Positions 44,601 to 45,158 of a DNA stretch of 64,000 bases are shown in pieces. Source of the stretch: Bryobacterales bacterium (GTDB lineage: Bacteria > Acidobacteriota > Terriglobia > Bryobacterales > UBA6623); NCBI GenBank assembly GCA_965219585.1, contig CBDCOA010000003.1:2001375-2065374 (forward strand), given 5' to 3'. Position numbers and translations under genes: made by a program. How positions within the stretch are numbered: position 1 is the stretch's first letter; each line of letters starts with the position of its first letter. The notes below the pieces were generated by a model. That model saw only the letters and a program-made list of their open reading frames with translations, was not told the DNA's origin and did not search any database.

Positions 44601-45158
44601 CTGGAAGCGCTGATCTCGGCTGAAGGGCTGCGGACGGAGAGGGTGAAGCCGGGGAGGGCTTCGCACGGCAGGTTGGCGGAAGCAGGACTCCATGAACTCG
44701 AATCGGCATTCCAAGGGACAAAGATGACGGTGCCGTCAGTGACCTTGGCCAGTTCGACCACCGGTCGCGATGTCGAGCCAGCCAAGCTGCTGGAGGCGAC
44801 GTACTGGCGACGCCAGGCTAGCGAGCCGGCAATCGACGGACGCAGTGCGGAGGCACCGCAGACACGGAAGGCGGGAATGGTCCTGGAGATCGGCTTCGAC
44901 GGGGACCCGCTGCGGGTCGTGGGCCAGGATTCGCCCAAGGCAGACACCAATGTCGACCCGGCACCTGAGCAGGGGATAAGCCTCCGGCAAGAATCTGGCA
45001 GTTCCAGCGGCTTTGCGACGGCGGTGGCCGCGGCGTACGAGGCTGGCGCGGCGCTCTCGTTCGAAGGGCTGTTCACCGGGGAGAGGCGCCGAAAGGTGCC
45101 GCTGCCGGGCTATCCGTTCCAGCGGGAGCGCTACTGGGTCACGCCCTCCAAGCATTAG
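11691..45158 (+). CDS. Giant type I modular polyketide synthase, 11,155 aa. Four complete KS-AT-DH-cMT-psiKR-ER-KR-ACP modules (C, D, E, F) followed by a terminal KS-AT(Ser->Gly) didomain with no ACP or TE.
   Basis: ATG at 11691 overlaps the gene 1 stop by 8 nt (gacgATGGATAAgt). One uninterrupted ORF runs to TAG at 45156-45158. The IA(I/V)[10 protein letters not shown] starts lie at 11784, 19482, 27099, 34734 and 42363. GHSVGE/HAFHS ATs, HxxxGxxxxP DHs, LE(V/I)GAGTG cMTs, TGGLAGIG KRs and GxDSL ACPs recur with about 7.6-kb period. Confidence 0.95.
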   Translation: MDKLTKYERLSRKLLAELNLRKEEIAQFRQPIAIVGMACRFPGGEGLASYWRQLEEGRCTVTEGRPGSVAGAPIVGSRPGSEAQDARRWGSFVREIDRFDADFFRIAPVEARLLDPQQRMLLETSWHALEEAGIDPSRLVETRTGVYAGISTSDYRALLAAGGEQDSGLYAVSGVSGSTAIGRVAFVLGLQGPAIAVDTACSSSLVALHQACVALQQGEADLALAGGVNAILAPSVTEATSKAGMLAPDGRCKTFDASANGFVRGEGCGIVVLKRLANAEADGDRIWAVIPGSAVNHDGASAGLTVPNGPAQEKVIAEALARAGLEPADVDYLEAHGTGTELGDPIEVHAASSAYGSGRRAGRPLLIGSVKTNIGHLESAAGVAGLIKVVLSMDRGVIPKHLHFRNPNPRIAWEHLPVEVTSEALPWPSFADRPWRAGLSSFGFSGTNAHMLIEAYGRPRGRSAQTKPSFSKRGLAVDVPVSLPAQAPALAAGQGPLAPREQRLLPLSGRSSKAVRELASRYLAWLQGRESEALGEEESQALLADMAWTAGLGRTHFDRRAGLVCGDLAELRSGLEEVVAGREIARAAQEPQVAFVFTGQGSQWAGMGRWLYEREPVARAVLDRCEQVMQELRGASLLDVMFGEPAAGSLDETEWTQPTLYALECALAAQWASVGVRPAAVLGHSVGEIAAAQAAGVFGLEDGLRFAAARGESMGSLPTEGPAAGAMLAVFAPQQRVAEALAEHNAGAAGAGLSLAADNGTHRVVSGPRAELEAIAEHFEPAGVRVAWLNTSHAFHSALMDPALADIEGALEAVALRSPAVPLVSNVAGRAMRAGEQLDGAYWRRQAREPVAFAAGVAALAEIGAEVVIEIGPQAVLGPLVEQAWPAGNAGGAESRPAVLGSLRREEGAAGGFAAAAAAAYEAGVAVSFEHLFAGESRRRVSLPVYPFQRERFWVDPLQRPTAGEGHALLGARRESARGGLTFETEMYSSAPAWLGDHRVFGMVVAPGALYGVLGVEVAASAAGEGAAVLEDLQLHEPLVWAQETPDGVAGGEGRSVQVFVDGDEGASPRVVEVYSRAGSEAAWQLHATARVLRGRADTGGAIDPKALREGLSSVDSADFYRGVAERGIEYGALFRGLAAVWSGPGEALGEVVLPPEADRGEMWLHPAQLDACFQVVGTTGGDDGDSAADTFMPFGWERLWLAGPLPDRVLCHARTRQARGAGGAGAEASEVQVVDLGLYDQQGMPLGGVSGLVLKRATRAALLSAVEGVDDLLYEVVWRERPQLGGPQSADFLAAPGVVGELRGSFAENLEAEGAALESWDDLLAGLAQLSQSYALAGMDALGWHRETGAIVEPEPLRRQLRVVADHRQLFRRLLEMLEQAGILQAQATESPSWVVTAGSGEPLPEGVAENPRALGAELLERHPAGSQELGLLMRCGDALADVLAGRVEPLELLFGGEDSGAAGLYHHSPGMRAANRTLGAAVGLLAAGLPERRRLRVLEVGAGTGSATAQALQTLPKGRFEYLYTDISAGFFAEAEERFGAEHAGIDYRVLDIEADPEVLGLDAHGHDLIIAANVLHATRDLEKTLENCRRLLAPAGLLVALETFRPQEWMDLTFGLLEGWWRFSDRYRSEHAMAGEAAWRQALKDAGFGDAEVLQGCVGDVVWQGVIVARGPLEVDEAPGLWVLAGNGSELVQELAGRLATRNQTVVVAGPGTRPEASPHARITSADVDPAKREAWRALLEGLPADARLRGVVHLGALDERGNAVTAAELAECTARIGKSALALVQGLQDAGAEPLDGLWFVTRGGQVVKRDQGGELAGATLWGLGKAVALEAHQLRPRMVDLDPREPEPLGRLVDELLHADRETHVAHRGAARYAARLARSAGTGRLGLPGEPGWRLARPAGGELDALGIEPAGLAAPGAGEIRVAVAAAGLSLHDVLIAMGTVDQASPLGTEFCGRVVAIGPGVTAVSVGDRVIGLAAGAYGPEVVTSQELVAKAPGEFPAAALATIPAAFVTAALALELGGLEAGQRVLVHTGAGDVGLAAIQLARAAGAAVFATASTEKLAHLRSLGVEQVFDSQPAAFGQEVLAVTAGAGVEMVLSSLTGPGFIEASLTCLAQGGRFVEIAGRDTWSAEQMAEARPDVGYHTLAVDRLVSEEPERVGAHLRVVAQGMENGALVPLPHSAWPLAEAGGAMEYFRSERPVGKAVLTLPRLVTGGLREDGTYLITGGLAGIGLLAAGWLADNGARWIVLNGRREPGPEAEAAIAGLRERGVEVRVELADVADSAAVDGMLERIGATMPPLAGAIHSAGVLADASLANQGWERFEKVMGPKVLGAWHLHRATLGRDLDLFVLFSSLTGVLGNAGQANHAAANAFLDQLARHRQSLGLPGQSIAWGPWSEVGEAEEQRSRIAERLAATGLGWIVPRRGMRALDRLLRQDVVSGTVLSVDWPRFGSRLPARQSLLEELVAPRAAAQSAAAKVDLVERLRTVPAREREGLLAGFLQGELQAVLRLASPPEVTSGFFDLGMDSLMAVELRNRLNRAFRGEYKASSTAVFDFPDIKSLAEHLAAELGETEAASTERERPVPAQALEGGIAIVGMACRFPGARDLSEFWDELEGAGWAVTPGRQGSAVGPTEDDFPESLGEHDARRWGAFVDEIDQFDAEFFRIAPVEAELLDPQQRLLLETSWLALEEAGIDPGRLKGGRSGVYAGIYTNDYSELIDRAGRRTTDLYVATGNSASTAIGRVAFALGLEGPAMAIDTACSSSLVAVHQAAVALQRGEADLALAGGVNAILTTTGSELLAKGGLLAPDGRCKTFDGSADGFVRGEGCGVVVLKRLREAEADGDRIWAVIRGSAVNQDGASAGLTVPNGPAQERVIGDALARAGLEPAEVDYLEAHGTGTELGDPIEVQAAAAVYGRGRAPDRPLLMGSVKTNIGHLEAAAGIAGLIKVALSMERGVLPRHLHFEKPSPRIDWDALPVEVAAEARRWPATPGRPVRAGVSSFGLSGTNSHVVLEAPDRDGKGPRDRAATAESESGGSRERLLPLSGRSPRAVRELAGRYLSWLRDRDGEASGEQESRSLLADMAWTAGLGRSHFDHRAGLVCADLAELRSGLEAVVAGREIARAAHGPQVAFVFTGQGSQWGGMGRWLYEREPVARAVLERCEQAMQELRGASLLDVMFGRPGAAGDLDDTGWTQPALYALECALAAQWASVGVRPAAVLGHSVGEIAAAHVAGVFGLEDGLRFAAARGESMGSLPVEGEASGAMLAVFAPQQRVAEALAEHGGGAAETGLGVAAENGTHRVVSGPRAALEALAERFELAGVRVARLNTSHAFHSALMDPALDTIEGALEAVELGTPAVPLVSNVTGRALRAGERMDGAYWRRQAREPVAFAAGVAALAEIGAGLVVEIGPQAVLGPLVEQAWPAGNGGGSGSKPAVLASLRREEGAAGGFAAAAAAAYEAGAAVHFEGLFAGESRRRMSLPGYPFQRERFWVEPPKRRIAGGGHALLGVRHEAARGGVTFETEMYSSDPAWLEEHRVFGMVVAPGALYGVMGVEVAATQSGAGAAALEDLQLHEPLVWDQARPDGAAGGDGRSVQVFVDGAAGSSGRVFEVYSRGGAESAWRLHATARVRRGQADTGRAIDPQSLRTGLSGVDSTDFYQSIAERGIEYGPLFRGLAAVWTGPGEALGEVVLPPEAGRDGMWMHPAQLDACFQVVGAAGRDSGESGADTYIPFGWERLWLSGPLPGQLLCHARTREAGHAAGAGSEAAQTLVADLDLYDQRGMPLGGVSGLVLKRATRAALLSAVEGVDDLLYELVWRERPRIGGPQSADFLAAPAAVRGLAGSFAEWLAAGGVPLASWTALEGGLEQLSRSYAMAALEALGWRRRKGSVVDPSRLRRQLKVVADHRKLFSRLLGMLAEAGLLQARAADLPGWSVAVGAREDLPEDLVEPRELARLLRERHAHGSVELGLVMRCGEALADVLRGRVDPRELLGGDHAGAQGVYRDAPAMRAVHRMMGATVGALVAGLPEQRRLQVLEIGAGTGSATAEVLAALPEGRFDYFYTDILAGCFPEARERFGAAIECRVLDIEEDLAIQGLEAHRYDLVVAANVLHATRDLGKALENCRKLLAPAGQLVTLEAFQAAAWRDLTFGLAEEWWWSSDRYRGECPLVGASVWRQALADAGFGEAEVLEGAVEDAVWHGVIVARGPLEVEQDPGLWVLAGDASPAVWELAEKLAASNQAVIVAGQAEERDSAQPAGVTTAYVDPTRREAWRALLGDPPAEAPLRGVVHLGALEGRGAAAATPELAQDVARIGASALALVQGLQDAQAKLLDGVWFVTRGGQAVERERGGQVAGSALWGLGKTVGLEAPQLRARMVDLDPRLPLQLDALVSELLHADPETHIAHRGATRHAARLVRGPRTGRLRLPEEAGWRLARDAAGALDALRVEPASLAAPGAGEIRASVTAAGLDFHDVLFAMGIADLQSELGAEFCGHVTETGTGVTAVSVGDRVVGLAAGAFGPEVVTSEELVARAPAGLSAAALATVPTAFLTAARGFELAGLEAGDSVLVHAGAGAVGMAAIRLAQAAGAVVIATASDSKGAYAQSLGVEHVFEGQATAFAQKVLDVTGGAGVAIVLNGAAGPDCVEASLSCLARDGRFVETVRDGSWSSEQMAAARPDVAYHAPAIDQLLVDEPGQIGTQLRALMRRMEAGELEPPLYSAWPVAEAGAAMELLRSGRTEGKLALMLPPLASGGLREDGTYLVTGGLAGIGRLAAGWLADSGARWIVLNGRREPDAEARAAIASLRERGVDVRTELADVTDPAAVDAMLERIEATMPALAGVIHSAGVISDASLANQDWERFEGVLGPKVLGAWHLHRATANRDLDLFVLFSSIAGVLGNPGQANYAAANAFLDQLARHRRSLGLAGQSIAWGPWSVTGQAEELRSRLAEGMAAGGVGWIRPRRGLRALDRLVRQDVVNGTVLSVDWPQFASRLPVTLPQLEELVAAGPAAQDRAAKTDLAERLRAVPAGEREGLLSGFLQAEVQSVLRLASPPDPTAGFFDLGMDSLMAVELRNRLNRELGGEYKASSTAMFDFPDIKSLAGHLAAELGEIEPAPIERKRPLPAQGLDGGIAIVGMACRFPGAQDLPGFWRELEAAECAVTPGRQNSTVGPTDEDVEGLLGEDDARRWGAFVEEIDKFDAEFFRIAPVEAELLDPQQRLLLETSWLALEEAGIDPGRLKGGRTGVYAGILSNDYSELIDRAGRTTSDLYVATGNAGSTAIGRVAFALGLEGPAMAVDTACSSSLVAVHQAVVALERGEADLALAGGVNAILTSTGNELLAKGGMLAADGRCKTFDASANGYVRGEGCGVVVLKRLQEAQADGDRIWAVIRGSAVNQDGASAGLTVPNGPAQERVIGEALARAGLEPADVDYLEAHGTGTELGDPIEVQAAAAAYGPGRAPDRPLLMGSVKTNIGHLEAAAGVAGLIKVALSMEHGVLPRHLHFEKPSPRIDWDALPVEVTAEARRWPTTPGRPVRAGVSSFGFSGTNSHVVLEAPDRNGKGPVDRSATAESESGGSRERLLPLSGRSPRAVRELAGRYLSWLRDRDGEASGEQESRSLLADMAWTAGLGRSHFDHRAGLVCADLAELRSGLEAVVAGREIARAAHGPQVAFVFTGQGSQWGGMGRWLYEREPVARAVLERCEQAMQELRGASLLDVMFGRPGAAGDLDDTGWTQPALYALECALAAQWASVGVRPAAVLGHSVGEIAAAHVAGVFGLEDGLRFAAARGESMGSLPVEGEASGAMLAVFAPQQRVAEALAEHGGGAAETGLGVAAENGTHRVVSGPRAALEALAERFELAGVRVARLNTSHAFHSALMDPALDTIEGALEAVELGTPAVPLVSNVTGRALREGERMDGAYWRRQAREPVAFAAGVAALAEIGAGLVVEIGPQAVLGPLVEQAWPAGNGGGSGSRPAVLASLRREEGAAGGFAAAAAAAYEAGAAVHFEGLFAGESRRRVSLPGYPFQRERFWVEPPKRRIAGGGHALLGTRRDMVGGEVTFETQMFASAPEWLGDYSVLGLIVVPGSLYGAAAVETAGAMPGMAGVVVEDLHVQVPMHFAGEDGHSEPDDRGKTVQVVVKDTEESAARRMELYSQGPEDTWTLHAAARLGRPADRVDLPAAVDIEARRSGLSPKSAPDIYRGLAATGIEYGEALRSVEAVWSSQGEAVAEIALPGGLEPMGSWLHPAQIEGFFQLAALLANDTEGARPGALIPSGWERLWLVGPLPERLVCCARMRASNGVGLQRAGDSGAQVADLDLYDPRGMPLGGVSGLALKPTTRAALLSAAGGVEDLLYEVVWREQPWVSGLQSAGFLAAPSAAGELRGTFIEKLEAEGAVLESWEELLGGLAQVSRSYALAGMEALGWHRETGAIVEPEPLRRQLRVVADHQHLFRRLLGMLEKAGVLQARETESPSWVVTVGSGEPLPEGVAQNPRALAEGFLERHPSGSHEMSLLMRCGDALADLLAGRVEPLELLFGGEFAGLADLYHHSPGMRAANRMLGAAVGLLAAGLPEGRRLRVLEVGAGTGSATAEALKALPAGRFEYLFTDLSAGFFAEAEERFGATDAGIEYRVLNIEAAPEGLGLPAHRHDVIIAANVLHATRDLAKTLENCRRLLAPAGLLLALETFRPQEWMDLTFGALEGWSRFSDQYRSEHAMADEGVWRQALADTGFGEVEVLEGGVGDVVWQGVLVARGPLEVADTPGLWVLAGNGSAAAQELAGRLATRNQTVIVAGQGTMPEASQHARITAADMDPAKREAWRALLEGLPAEARLRGVVHLGALNEQGNAVTTAKLAECTTRIGESALALVQGLQDAGAEPLDGLWFVTRGGQVVKRDQGGELAGAMLWGLGKAVAMEADQLRPRMVDLDPREPEPMDRLVDELLHADRETHVAHRGAARFAARLVSSARTGRLGLPGEPGWRLTRDTGGAPDALRVESAGLAAPGPGEVRVAVAAAGLNSHDVLIAMGISDQHSPLGTEFCGQVTSTGAGVTEVSAGDRVVGLASGAFGPEVLASEELVAKAPDGFPAAALAAIPAAFVTAELALELGGLEAGHRVLVHAREGDVGLAAVQLARAAGAEVLATASTDMLAYLRSLGVEHVFDSQATDLGQEVLAATAGAGVGMVLNSLAEPGFIEASLACLEQGGRFVEIAGRDTWSAERMAEARPDVGYHVLALDRLASDEPARVGTQLRSAVRRMGARKLEPLPHSAWPLAEAGAAMEYFRSERPVGKVVLTLPRLATGGLREDGTYLVTGGLAGIGLLAADWLADCGARWVVLNGRQEPDAEAKPAIEALRKLGVEVRVEVTDVTDSAAVDGMLERIERTMPPLAGVIHSAGVLADATLANQGWERFERVIGPKVLGAWHLHTATAGRDLDFFVLFSSIAGVLGNAGQANHAAANAFLDQLAWHRRSMGLAGQSIAWGPWSEVGEAEEQRARIAERLAASGVGWIVPRRGLRVLDSLVRRDVVCATVLSVDWSQFASHLPATLPLLRELVAPRAGGRGVAAKVDLVERLRAVSARERERLLAGFLQGEVQAVLRLASPPEVTSGFFDLGLDSLMAVELGNRLNRAFGGEYKPTSTEVFDFPDIKSLAGHLAAAFGEIEEAPAGPERPVPTLGQEGGIAIVGMACRFPGARDLSAFWDELAGAGCAVTPGRQGSSVGPSEGDFPEQVGEQDARRWGAFVDEIDLFDAEFFRIAPVEAEVLDPQQRILLETSWLALEEAGIDPGRLRGGRTGVYVGIATNDYSEVIERGGRRTGDLYVATGNSGSTAIGRVAFSLGLEGPAMAVDTACSSSLVALHQGVAALERGEADLVLAGGVNAILTPTSTELLAKGGMLAPDGVCKAFDAAANGFVRGEGCGVVVLKRLREAEADGDRIWAVIRGSAVNQDGASAGLTVPNGPAQERVIGQALARAGLEPAEVDYLEAHGTGTELGDPIEVRAAAAAYGRGRAANRPLLMGSVKTNIGHLETAAGIAGLIKVVLSMEHGMLPKHLHCRQLNPRIDWDALPVEVTTEARPWPASPDRPVRAGVSSFGFSGTNSHVVLEAPESHRRGHGPLMPIAAAQAGTGGPPEPRGKRLLPLSGKSSLAVRELAGRYLSWLESRGGVLGQGEESESLLADMAWTAGAGRSHFEHRASVVFGDLSELRAALEELAADREIARAAQEPQVAFVFTGQGSQWAGMGRWLYEREPVAQAVLDRCEKVMQELRGASLLEVMFGQPGAAGDLDDTGWTQPALYALECALAAQWASVGLSPVAVLGHSVGEIAAAQVAGVFELEDGLRFAAARGELMGSLPVDGPEAGAMLAVFASPQRVSQALEEHAAGDDGSGLSLAAENGTHRVVSGPLEEVETLAKRFEQAGVRVARLNTSHAFHSTLMDPVLDDIEEALEAVTLGSPAVALVSNVTGRAVREGERLDGAYWRRQAREPVAFAAGVQALAEIGVDVVVEIGPQAILGPLVEQAWPAESSDGAVSGPRVVESLRREAGGANGFSAAVAGAYEAGAAISFEGLFAGEIRRRVPLPGYPFQRKRFWIEQGKRKVTEEGHALLGARRDSARGGMAFETDLHATDPAWLADHRVFGMVVAPGALYGVLGVEAAATTGGTDAVVLQDLQLHEPMIWLEEPEDGPPAGEGRTVQVFVDGAEGSSGRLFEVYSQGSGETAWQLHATARVERGEAGTPEAIGLGALRETLSRVDSTDFYRSIRRRGIVHGPAFQGLAAIWSGPGEAIGEVVLSSQAGPGRLWMHPAQLDACFQVVVATVRDAEEFDSDTYMPIGWERMWLAGPVPERMFCHARLLERPDAGTPGPGPAEVLVAELGLYDMQGAALGGVRGLVLKRATRAALVSAIEGVEDLLYETAWRKQPRAGRQRAADLPAAQAGLEQLRGSFAESLASEGVPPEAWSALHEDLDRLARSYAMAGLEALGWRREKGAVVDLSLAQEQLKVVGDHRRLFGRMLAMLAEAGVLQAEAEGTPGWAVAVGADDDLPEGLASEPGAVGARLLERHAHGAHELGVLIRCGETLADVLRGHADPLEVLSGPEGAGLADIYRHAPGMRAANRMVGKTVAALVAGLPKGRPLRVLEIGAGTGSTTAEVLAVLPAGRFSYVCTDSSQSCLAETEARFGAGVESRVLDIEADPAGQGLEPHRYDLVIAADVLHATRDLGKTLEHCRRLLAPAGHLVVLESLRPQAWRDLTFGLMEGWWRFADPYRDDQALAGASAWRQALEESGFGDVEVLESGAEDTAWQGVIVARGQFEAEEEPGVWVLAGGASALAQELAEKLETRNQAVVLARHDTDQLAGVTTAYVDPTRREAWSSLLADLRSEAPLRGVVHLGALEGHGATATTPELAQDMARIGEGALALLQGLQDVGAEPLEGMWFVTRGGQVVERERGGQLAGATLWGLARAVALEAPQLRLRMVDLDPRAPLQADSLLDELLDADRETLVAHRGATRHAARLVRAARTGRLRLPEEAGWRLAPGTGGSLDDLRVEPAGLPAPGEGKIRASVSAAGLNFYDVLSAMGVVDLYNPLGAEFCGRVIAIGPGVTSVAVGDRVAGLAAGAFGPEVVTSEELVAKSRSGLPAAALATVPTTFLTAAIAFELAGLQAGDRVLVHAGAGGVGLAAIRLAQAGGAEVIATASSWKRPYLRSLGVQHVFDSRTTAFGEKVLAVTGGAGVEVVLNSLTGPGFIEASLACLGQGGRFVEIAKRDIFSAEQMAAARPDVDYHILALDQLVIDEPERVGTQLRALMDRIDSKDLEPLPHSAWPLAEASAAMEHMRSARHVGKIVLTLPSLASGGLRGNGTYLVTGGLAGIGRLAATWLADNGARWIVLNGRREPDSEAGAAIAALRERGVTVQVELADVTDSAALDSMLERVEAAMPPLAGVIHSAGVIADASLTNQDWGGFERVLEPKVLGAWHLHRATADRDLDLFVMFSSIAGVLGNAGQANYAAANAFLDQLARHRRSVGLVGQAIAWGAWSEVGEAEERRARIAQQLAAAGLGWITPERGLRVFDKLLRQDLVAPAAVSMDWQRFAALLSADQPLLDELVDSKPVAEETAPTLDLRNRLREASPGDREALLMEIVQGEVQAVLQLASPPDPAVGFFDLGMDSLMAIELTNRLNRLLTGEYRLANTAVFDHVDIASLARHLAVELRVVEDESPEPERAAARRPEDGGIAVVGMACRFPGGQDLFRFWQQLEDGGSAITAERPGDLWVHAVSDSKASSSVREAGRWGAFIDGIDQFDPGFFRITPIEAEGIDPQHRLLLETSWHALEDAGINPGSLRGRRAGVFVGISGSEYKDLIQASESDFFDITALEGNSTSTGVGRVAHFLGLEGPAMPVDTTCSSSLVALHQASAALRLGEADLALAGGVNAILSKRATYGMAGVGLLSNDGQCRAFDASANGYVRGEGCGMVVLKRLADAKRDGDPIWAVIRGSAVNHNGGGAGLTVPNLGAQSRLLREALASAGLEPPDVDYLEAHATGSLLGDSVELQAAAEVYGAGRSSDRPLLLGSVKSNIGHLEAASGVASLIKVVLAMQRRTIPRHLHFREPSPEIDWGNLPVKVTSDETPWLSAQPGCPLRAGISSFGLSGTNAHVLVESCQTTGTHSERAALSVAVPMHSSAGSETTEGSFRERETRLLPLSGRSARAVRDLAGQYLSWLEQNAERPAAEHEGSDPPATSADAASLLADMAWTAGVGRNHFGHRVGLVFGSADELRERLTALASARDAAHFAGRAPSVAFVFAGQGSQWPAMGRALYEREPDGRAILERCDRVMRKVRGVSLVDAMLGRPGAADDQGDPLWAEPGLYAVECALAALWERVGVRPVTVQGHGVGELAAAKVAGVFGLEDGLRLAAARGALSSSLPTTGPRAGTLLAVSAPMERLETALGALNSDSSHAGPSVVLDSGTHRLVHGPVADMERLEALISAEGLRTERVKPGRASHGRLAEAGLHELESAFQGTKMTVPSVTLASSTTGRDVEPAKLLEATYWRRQASEPAIDGRSAEAPQTRKAGMVLEIGFDGDPLRVVGQDSPKADTNVDPAPEQGISLRQESGSSSGFATAVAAAYEAGAALSFEGLFTGERRRKVPLPGYPFQRERYWVTPSKH
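11784..19410 (+). other. PKS module C: KS 11784-13060, AT 13467-14555, DH 14585-15480, cMT 15945-16725, psiKR 16745-17380, ER(degenerate) 17385-18335, KR 18363-19060, ACP 19180-19410
   Basis: AT has GHSVGE and HAFHS. DH has DHRVFGMVVAP and AQLDACFQ. ER reads HTGAGDVG and RFVEIAG (Gly 18078-18080 at the Lys position). KR reads QANHAAAN (cac 18804-18806). ACP Ser is at 19287-19289. Confidence 0.85.
19482..27030 (+). other. PKS module D: KS 19482-20755, AT 21096-22190, DH 22215-23100, cMT 23565-24335, psiKR 24355-25000, ER(degenerate) 25005-25950, KR 25981-26680, ACP 26800-27030
   Basis: DH has EHRVFGMVVAP and AQLDACFQ. ER reads HAGAGAVG and RFVETVRD, with no Lys. KR has the canonical QANYAAAN (tac 26421-26423). 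ACP Ser is at 26904-26906. Confidence 0.85.
20800..22235 (+). repeat. AT-domain repeat, copy 1 (module D KS-AT linker + AT + post-AT linker)
   Basis: Copy 2 lies exactly 7617 nt downstream. 20800-21805 is identical by direct reading. The supplied track confirms this: shadow ORFs 20809..21240, 20882..21694 and 21109..21705 translate identically to 28426..28857, 28499..29311 and 28726..29322. 21806-22235 differs by roughly a dozen substitutions. Confidence 0.9.
27099..34665 (+). other. PKS module E: KS 27099-28372, AT 28713-29807, DH0 29832-30720, cMT 31190-31970, psiKR 31990-32625, ER(degenerate) 32630-33585, KR 33615-34310, ACP 34435-34665
   Basis: The DH motif reads WLGDYSVLGLIVVPG, with Tyr codon tac 29931-29933 where the other modules have His. 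It also reads AQIEGFFQ, with Glu 30453-30455 where the others have Asp. ER reads HAREGDVG and RFVEIAG. KR reads QANHAAAN (cac 34056-34058). ACP reads GLDSL (Ser 34539-34541). Confidence 0.85.
28417..29852 (+). repeat. AT-domain repeat, copy 2 (module E)
   Basis: See copy 1. Identity decays upstream of ~28417 (KS region about 90% at protein level) and ends abruptly after HALLG at 29852, where the divergent module E DH begins. Confidence 0.9.
34734..42300 (+). other. PKS module F: KS 34734-36010, AT 36366-37455, DH 37488-38360, cMT 38840-39610, psiKR 39630-40255, ER 40260-41212, KR 41243-41940, ACP 42065-42300
   Basis: DH has DHRVFGMVVAP and AQLDACFQ. ER has HAGAGGVG (~40679-40703) and RFVEIAK with Lys codon 40959-40961. 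KR has QANYAAAN (tac 41685-41687). ACP Ser is at 42168-42170. This is the only complete module in which every reductive motif is canonical. Confidence 0.85.
42363..45158 (+). other. Terminal KS-AT0 didomain: KS 42363-43635, AT-like 44052-45155. No ACP, TE, reductase or condensation domain follows.
   Basis: KS has VDTTCSSS, EAHATGS and SNIGHLEAASG, so Cys/His/His are present. The AT-like region has GQGSQW but reads VQGHGVGE, with Gly codon ggc at 44331-44333 at the active-site Ser position, and RASHG where the other modules have HAFHS. The ORF stops right after the post-AT linker YPFQRERYWVTPSKH. Confidence 0.85.

Noticed and set aside
3878-45158. The ~7.6-kb periodic repetition, considered as a CRISPR array, satellite or other non-coding tandem repeat.
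   Set aside because: The repeat unit is a complete protein module in one continuous reading frame. There are no short direct repeats with unique spacers and no cas genes.
44052-45158. The C-terminal region of gene 2, considered as a thioesterase or other release domain.
   Set aside because: It aligns along its length with the AT plus post-AT linker of the upstream modules: GQGSQW, the GHxVGE position, and the YPFQRERYW ending. It is a degenerate AT, not a TE.
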